A stretch of 64,000 bases of DNA, taken from the NCBI RefSeq assembly GCF_009914755.1, contig NC_060926.1; one strand, 5' to 3'. Made by a program: the position numbers and the translations under genes. Shown piece by piece: positions 56,240-64,000 of this stretch. Numbering within the stretch: the stretch's first letter is position 1; every line of letters begins with the position of its first letter. Below the pieces are notes generated by a model, which saw only the letters and a program-made list of their open reading frames with translations, was not told where the DNA came from and did no database searches. The DNA comes from the human T2T-CHM13v2.0 reference genome, Homo sapiens.

Positions 56240-56620
56240 AGGTTAGCTGTTTACAAGTCCAGTTCTTTTTCTTCTTTCCAGACAGGTGGACTACATTTCC
56301 TAGAGTTCCTTACGGTTACATGTGGCCACGTGACAGATTTCTAGCCAATAGCATGTGAAAGGAAGGATGTGCACTGCACCCAAAGAGCCTTAGACACCCT
56401 ATCTCTCGTGTTCTTTTCTTTTCTGTTGGCTCAATGCAGAGAAACACAGAGAACCTGGAAGTCTTGAGTGAAAGATGGTGGGGCCACAAGATGGAAAAGG
56501 TTGGGGACCCCACGTCTCTGCTTGCAGGAGAGGTGCCCAGCATTCAAGAACACCAATTTTAGGCTTTATTCTATAATTTTACTGGAACCACTGTGTAATT
56601 TTTTATAGTAACTAACATTG
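56240..56620 (+). mobile_element. Old MLT1 (I/J-like) LTR fragment
   Basis: gactacatttcctagagttcctt...tggccacgtgacagatttctagccaatagcatgtg, gatggtggggccacaagatggaaaagg. Confidence 0.65.
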
Positions 56621-58619
56621 CCTAACAACCTGACAACATACTTTTTGGAGTTCTCAAATACATAAAAGTGTGGCATCTCATATATGTTACTTTTATTAGA
56701 ACTTTTAAAGTGGTTTACATATTTTTTAGAATGAAATGTGAATAAAATAAATGTTTGTAGTATCCCTGAAACTCTTTCACGAGGCCCCAGGTTTTCATGA
56801 AATATATTTGAAAATCACTGGCCTACCTGCTTTCAAAGATCCTTCCCAGATTTAACATTTTATTAGGGAATATATTTCTAATTATCCAAAGAGAGTTGTA
56901 TTGGTCTTTATAAAGAAGTAAGCCCCTTCTGCCTTTGAAATAAAATGGCATCTAAGAAGTGCCAAGGGACACATATATTTCTAGCATAACCCTTGTATAT
57001 TTAGGCGATTTGGGCCTTCTTAGGGAACTTTGGTTCTAGAATCTTATTTCTCTGAGATGTAATAACAATCATGCTAAAAATGGCCCTGTATGTTAAGCAA
57101 TGACATAAGTTGTCTGGAAGGTTCCAAGCAAAGTCAAAATTAAAGCAACTTTTTCAAAGGTTGTACTTAAAACCAAATGCATTAATAAATGGCACTTTGA
57201 TGAATCTGAAAATTACAAACTAGAGCAAAAACAGGCAAGACCATTTTCTTCTACTGTGGACTTCTTTAGGAATCCCAGTGCTCAGAAGCTGGGGGATGAC
57301 CACAGTGACCTTTGCCATAGGCAGTCACAGCAGTAAACAGAGGCCACATCCAGGAACAAATCAGAAATTTAACCAAGCCAAAAGGAAACCCAGGCCTAAC
57401 CCAGAGGCAGGAATGCCACAATGGCTTTTTCTAGCAGCAGAGGAGAGCCAGTCCCTAAAGGGGATAAGGAAAGGATGTCAACGTGGGAAGCCTTGACAGA
57501 TGTCCAAGTTTCCCAGGTTCTAAATTTATCTTAATTTAATCATGTTCACCTCTGAGGATGGTACTATGCAATTGCTCCACAGGGAATTGAAGGCCCTCAA
57601 GAAGCCTTCGATCATCATCACCCACCAGGCCTAGGCCTAGGAGCCTTGAAGGGAGGCATTACCCCATGGGGTAAGGAAGAGATTCAAACAGATTTTGGAC
57701 TCAGGCATGCCTGAGTTACAGCCAATGTCTTGTGTGCTGCCATGTGACCTTAGGAAAGTTATATAACCACCCTGACCCTGCTAGCAGCTTACAGTGTAAA
57801 AATGGCAACTTGAGATGAACTCAGTGTTCAAATCAGCCCAACCCCTAAACCTCATGCCCAGACACAGACCTCTGATTCCTACTCAGCCTCGCTTTGCCCC
57901 ATGGTTCTAAAACATTGTGCTAAGTGTTCTACCTCCCAGAAGGAGGGGATGCTCTGTTCTTATAGACCAGAAACTCAGAAGCCACCCTAGGTCCTTGCCC
58001 AAGTTATGTGGTGGAAGGGGAGGGGTTGTTTTGCTTTTTTCCTTTTCTTTTTTTTCCCCTTTTTGTTTTTCATTTGCAAAACATTTGAGAAGCTTGAGGA
58101 AAACAATCTGTCTGAGCCCCTATGAAGATGTAACTCTAGATGGCCTTCCAGCTGGGCCAGGCCTACCAAGTGTCCGTCTGGAAACCACAAAGTGAAGGAG
58201 AGTTTCCATACAAAGGAGGCATCGGTCTCTGGGAGTAGATGAGCCAAGTTTCAACCAAAATAAACTTGCCATAGTCTGGATGCAAGAACAGGCAAAACTA
58301 ACCCCTAAAACACAAGGCCCCCCATCTTCTGGACCAGGTTGGAGATCGCCCCCGGATGTAGTTGCTACTTGGGGAGAGTACAGAAAAGTGGCTCAAGGGC
58401 ATCCTCCACTGCATAGATGTGGCTTCTGCCAAATGTCAAAAGACAATATGGGATTGTTGGCTTTCTGACTCCCTGGCCCTATCTTGTCCATCCTCTATCA
58501 TCATGCCTAGGTCCCAAAATCTGACACTGGAAAAAAGTAACTTACTGCATTCTCCCTCCAAAGGAATTATGTCTGTTTCTATTTCTCAAGATAGTCCTTA
58601 TGCTAGACTCCATTTATTT

Positions 58620-59203
58620 TCTCTCCAGATTGGCTTGGCCCCACCTGCCCCTGGACCTCATTTGCTAGCTCACTGGCATCTCAGATGTTACCAACTGCCA
58701 TCACCTTATCCTCTAACACTGCCAGCCATCTCAGCCACCCCACAGAGCAGGAGCTGGGCTTTGGCATGGCCTCTAGCATGCCTGCTGTGGTGTGAGGCTC
58801 AGCAGCTCTATTGCCCATGTCTAACCCAGCTGGATGCATGGAGGCTCTGGCTTTCCCAGCAGCTGCCTCAAAGGGTAGCCTCTGAATATAAGAGGCAAGA
58901 GACAAGAAGGATGCAGCAGATAAGTTCTTCTTCCTCTCTGCTTTTCCAAAGGACTGTTCCAAGATCTTCCGACACTGTTTCTTACAGTTCCTCCAAAGAT
59001 TTCCCGTGGGAACACACAGCTCACTGTGTGTCTTCTTGTAAGGCTGTGGCAAACTCAGTAACACACAAGTTTGTATTTCCTTTCCCTCCTTTCCTGCTTC
59101 ATCTTTTGTAGCCCTCCTTCTTGCCACCTTAGGACTGCACTTTTCAGTAAGATGTTAGCATGTTAGCCTCAGGCTCTCTGTTCTAAGAACACAGCCTAAG
59201 ATA
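58620..59203 (+). mobile_element. Old ERVL-type LTR (LTR16/LTR67-related), subfamily uncertain
   Basis: 3' terminus tttccctcctttcctgcttc...gcctcaggctctctgttctaagaacacagcctaagata resembles ERVL LTR ends. Confidence 0.55.
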
Positions 59204-61932
59204 GCCTTCATTATGGTTTCTCTCTCTCCAGATGGAGGCATTAATTTAGGCAAACTGCCCGCTTCTATCTACTCGCTACTATATCTCCTCCCTCTTCAAC
59301 TTACGTGTGTCACCAGTGGGAGATTTGAAAGTGGGCTAGCTGTTACACCACTGACTATAGTTGCTCTGTTTTTATTTTATTTATTTTTGGTTTATACCTT
59401 GAGTCTGGAGTTTTAGGATGCCCTTGGTTGCTTTATCAAAAATGAAATATAGATCCATGTACATGTCCTTCCCAGGATCTAGAGAGCAATAAAATCCCAC
59501 TCACACAGACCCTGATCAGGCACTGCAACTGTGCAGCAAAGCATCCACTGGCAGAGTTCACCAAGGGGTAGCATTTCCCAAAGTCAGAGCCATAGAACAC
59601 CAGTTGTGTGGGATTAGTAGATGTTTGTTTCAAAATTTAAATGACTCTGTTCTCAAATACACTTGAGTGCCTCAAGGTTAAACAAAATTAAATAGTTTCC
59701 CTTACCCTACAGGATTTCAGAGACGTTGCTATAGTATTGTACAACGTTCTCACCAAAAGAGAGAGTTTGCAGAATTTTCAGAATTTATTGGGACACGTCT
59801 TTTTTTGCTAAACATCTCATAGGATTGATGCTAAACAAACACTTAGTTCCTGTGGCAGAAATTCCAGAAGTGTCAGCTCCTGGGAAGAAGTCTCCCTACT
59901 CTTCAGACTTCAAGTTCCAAAGTCTTTGGGTCCCTGTTGAAAACACCACAACTGAGTAAAGTCAACCTATTCTTCTGACTCTTTGAGAAAATACTAGAAG
60001 TCTACATCTGCAGGCCTATTGAATAAATAAAAGCTGAGCTTAACCATCAATAACCAACACTAGGCAATGCTCCTTTCCTTCTTTCTATTCTTCTCCATCT
60101 ATGGGATTATTTTTTTTCATGATTCTCCCACTTGCTTTCCACATAATGTTACAGCTACTCCTCCCACCCCTACTAATACCCATTATTAATCTAAGTATGC
60201 ATGTCCCATCATAAGGAAGAAACACAAATCACCTTCCTGGCCTGTGTATTCCTACACATGCCCTGTCCCTACCCAACTCAACTGAGATCAGCAGTTACTG
60301 AAAGTTCAAGGCATTCTGTTCTCCTCACCCACAAATGCTCCCTGAACTCACTTTTCAGTTCTAGGATTAATAAAGTACAACTGAAATTTTGTTGCTGTGA
60401 GCCCGGGGGGTTAAAGCTGCCACCACTACATAAAATCTCGAGAGTGAAGCCTTCAGTAAGCAAAGCAGGCTAATGACTTCTGTCCCTCTGGTAATAAGCT
60501 GCGGAAATGGGCTGCTGGGGAAAGCCAGTGGCCCACATAAATCCATGTGTTAGCGAGCCTGCCTGCTGGAGCAGCGGCAGCATGCTGGGAGGAGGTCGGA
60601 GGGCTGGGAATGTCAGAAATAAAAGCGTCTTTGGAGACCACCTAAATCAGCCCCCTCATTTTGCATGGGGAGAGACCGAGGTTCAAAGAAGCCAACTTGT
60701 GTGCCCAAGACTACAGCATGAATTCAGAGTGGAGCCACGGACTAATCTTCCCAGAGCAAAATCCAGAGCAGCTCCACCAAGATGTTTTGGACAAACCTCT
60801 TTCTGGGTCTCATGGGCATTACTGTGTACCACCGAACTAGGAAGCCAGTGGTGTAGCGATGGAGCGAAAATTGCAGATGGACATTTTTGTTTTTATTTCT
60901 GTGCCTCTGTTTTCCCCTGTCTAAAGGCAAGAGGTAGATAGTATTGAAGTGGGAAAAGTCATGCTAACATTCTTAGGAGGAAATCTGGAAAACAATCCAT
61001 ATTCTGGATTGTTAGATAACTAAGCCTGATTTAACAGTTTAATTCAGGGGAATAACTATGGGAATGTAGAACAAAGAAGGGAGGGGAAAAAAAAGGAGGA
61101 ATTTTGAGCTCAATTTTTCCCTGATCTAACTAAGCAGAGCATGCCTCCTTTCAACACTCAGGGACCTATATGTTCCTTTGGAAACCAGACCAGAGTCTGA
61201 GGACCTAAGACCTTAACCCAAAAAGAGGGAAGGGCATCTATTTTGTGGCCTGTATGTTTTAATATAAATTCTCACTAAGCTACACAGGGCATGGGGAAGA
61301 CATCAGCACCATGGGTGAAAACCAAATTCCAGCTAATAAGTCAGTTCTGCAGGGTCCAAAGGAGTCCCTCAGATCTCTGCAGTCTGGAAAGCCTGCGCTG
61401 TCTTCTGAGGGCTTTCCAAGCCCAGACACACAGACTCAGCACACAGTGTTCTGAGAACAAGCCAAGCATGGGGGGAGCTTCCCAGCTGGTATAAGCAATA
61501 GCTCACAGCAAAGGAGTATTCCAGGAGAGAGCCATTCCCAGTGTCAGTTCTGATTTCCTTCCCTCCTGCAGGACCAGTATTCAGATGAGCCTCTCATCTC
61601 AGACTTTTGGGAAAACACAGCCAGAAAAAAAAAAAAAATGCTTTCTGCAAATCCAGCATCCTCTCAACACAGTCCCCTAAAACTCATAAATGCCACTTTG
61701 AGGGAATACTATTGTTCAGGGCCTCACATAGTTTAGCCAGGAGAGAGCAAGGTGGTCTCTATTTGCAGTGGCTTCTATCTCTATGTTTTGGGGATTGCTG
61801 GCAAACAACACAACACAGACCAACAGGGCATTTCATCCACAAAAACCTATGCATGCTATTTATCAAATGGTCCCTCTGCATGTATGCATGTGCGTGTGTA
61901 TACATATATCCATATATGTACGTGTGTGTATA

Positions 61933-62276
61933 TAGTCATATGCCACACAATGATGTCTTGCTCAATGATGGACCACATATACAACAGTGGTTCCCATAAG
62001 ATGATAATACCATATTTTTACTGTACCTTTTCTTATTTAGATATATTTAGATATACAAATACTACTGTGTTGCAAGTGCCTACAGTATCTAGTACAGTAA
62101 CATGCTGTACAGGTTTGTAGCCTAGGAGTAACAGACTATATCATACAGTAGCATAGGTGTTTAGTAGGCTCTACGGTTGAGGTTTATGTAAATACACTCT
62201 ACGATGTTCACACAATGACAGAAGTCACCTAATGACATATCCCGGGAACAAATCTTTGTTGGTAAGTAATGCATGA

Positions 62277-62279
<3 letters not shown>
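61933..62279 (+). mobile_element. Tigger3a/MER7-type (Golem) TcMar MITE
   Basis: TIRs agtcat...atgact; internal tacagtaacatgctgtacaggtttgtagcctaggag, atttttactgtacctttt, tacactctacgatgttcacacaatgac. Confidence 0.9.
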
Positions 62280-62321
<42 letters not shown>

Positions 62322-62339
62322 TGGTGTGTGTGTTGTGTG
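62280..62339. repeat. (GT)n microsatellite with interrupted 3' part
   Basis: Directly visible. Confidence 0.97.
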
Positions 62340-64000
62340 CATGCGTGTTTTAAATTCAGGAAATGTGAGCTCTGCAAACCTGGTGGACAAATTCCTATAA
62401 AGGAGGCCCACCAGGCATTTTGTGCCACTTTGCCCCCTGTGCCCTGTATCCAAGAAAAGTCCATAAGAACAAGTCTCCCCTCACCACTGCAACTCCTACT
62501 CCTTGGCAAATGCTTGATTGTCAGAGTTTTCCAAACCCACATCAGCTCTTGAAAGAAGGAAGCTTAAGGCAGGTGGGGGAAATCTGGGGGATACTGGAAG
62601 CCCTCCAGACTAGGCACAGATTCTGCTGCCTCACTTTTTAATGGTGAGCAGGGACAGGTGACCCCAACCTTCAGCTCTCCTCTCTAAAGCCCTGAAAATT
62701 CCTCTTGGCCTTCCTGAACTCTCCAGGGCTCTACTCTGGCCATGAACCAACAGACTGTCTCTCCACTAAGCCCTCACCAGCAACCCCTGGGCTTCATTTG
62801 TTCCAGCCAGAGCTGGAGGAAGGACAAGGTCCTTTTCTGCTCTGCATGATATGAGGTCTGCATTACCAGCCCAACCTACACCAGGAAATTAATAAAAGGA
62901 CTCAGATGTGGGATTGTGATCCAGACTCCAGGGATAAAGATGCCCCTTCTTCCAGGGAACAATGGTGATTGGAGGAAAGAAAATCCAGAAGTGTACAAGT
63001 TGCTCTTCATACTTCCTGGCAGCCTTCTAGAACATATTGTGAATTACTCTTAGGTAATGTCATGAAGGACACAGAGCTTGCACCCTTGAGCCAAATGGTA
63101 ATGTACTGCACACACCTCAAGTGCAATTCATCACCCCTTGGGCTGAAGAGGCCACATGGTGATGGTTTTAATTAATGTCCCCTGAAGGCCTGGAGACCTC
63201 TGGCTGATTCCAATAGTGATGCCCCGCCCTGGAGCCTCTCAGGACACCACATCCATACAGGCTTATTCCTAGGAGGAAAAGTTGCAAACGGAGTTTCTTA
63301 GGTCTGGAGACATCTCAGTCACTATATAAATCCTCTCCTAGGGCCACTGACCAGGACCATGCCTTATGCCTTAAAAGATCCCAGGAAGCTTATTTATAAT
63401 CATTCCAAATGCCTGAGAGATTGATAACTCAGGCCCATTAACCTTGGAAAACCCTCCAAAATGTCTAAACTAAATCCCTACAACTACTACCAAAATCTAC
63501 TTTCTCATATCCTTCAAACACTTCCTTGGCTCCTGACCCTTTGGCCGGAGGATTAATTCCAAGCTGCCCCTAACACTTCATAGAAAGTCCGTCATGATCT
63601 GTACCCAATCTACAATCTTAAACTCAATTCTTATTACACCTACTTGTGTCCTCGGTGCCACAGCCACACTAAGCTGATCATTAGTCTCCAACCACACGCT
63701 GCACGTGACCCACACTGATCTTCCCCTCACCTTCTACATGGCTACCACACCCAACTCCACTCTACTGCCTTCTAAGGAACTAGCTCAATTGCCACTTGGG
63801 TCCATGAAGCATTCCACTCTAAGTCAGAATTAACAGCTACTACTTTTGTCTTGCCATGGAAGGAAATATGAACTTAGAGAGCAAGTCAGGACAAAACCTC
63901 ATTCATTAGTTTATTCATAAACATCTACTGAGCTGCTAGAGTATTCCAAGCCCCCAGCACTTTGCTAAGAACTGTCACTCTAAAAAACTGAATAAGACAC

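Noticed and set aside
58362-59111. Longest ORF (249 codons; 202 from the ATG at 58503)
   Set aside because: Mostly overlies an old LTR relic, is Ser/Leu/Pro-rich with no recognisable domain, and its length is compatible with chance in 64 kb over six frames.

Overview
Primate, most likely human, non-coding genomic DNA (intergenic or deep intronic). I found no credible protein-coding exon, RNA gene or CpG island; the supplied ORFs are chance or repeat-derived. The window is dominated by interspersed repeats: L1M fragments, AluJ/S/Y, MIR, L2, MaLR/ERVL solo LTRs (THE1, MLT1, MST, MLT2, LTR16, LTR33) and Tigger/hAT DNA-transposon relics. Repeat subfamily calls and most boundaries are from recognition by eye and are approximate. 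The most notable structures are: (1) a minus-strand HERV-W processed pseudogene (pol RNase H/integrase start fused to the env tail, U3-R, poly-A) with apparent G-to-A hypermutation of catalytic codons and no target-site duplication; (2) a ~165-bp insertion inside an old L1 that copies 101 bp from 1.8 kb upstream; (3) a ~140-bp-arm inverted repeat of apparently non-repetitive DNA at 30917-31452; (4) a perfect 23-bp-arm hairpin with a template-switch footprint at 9162-9212. I cannot support a new multi-gene system here.
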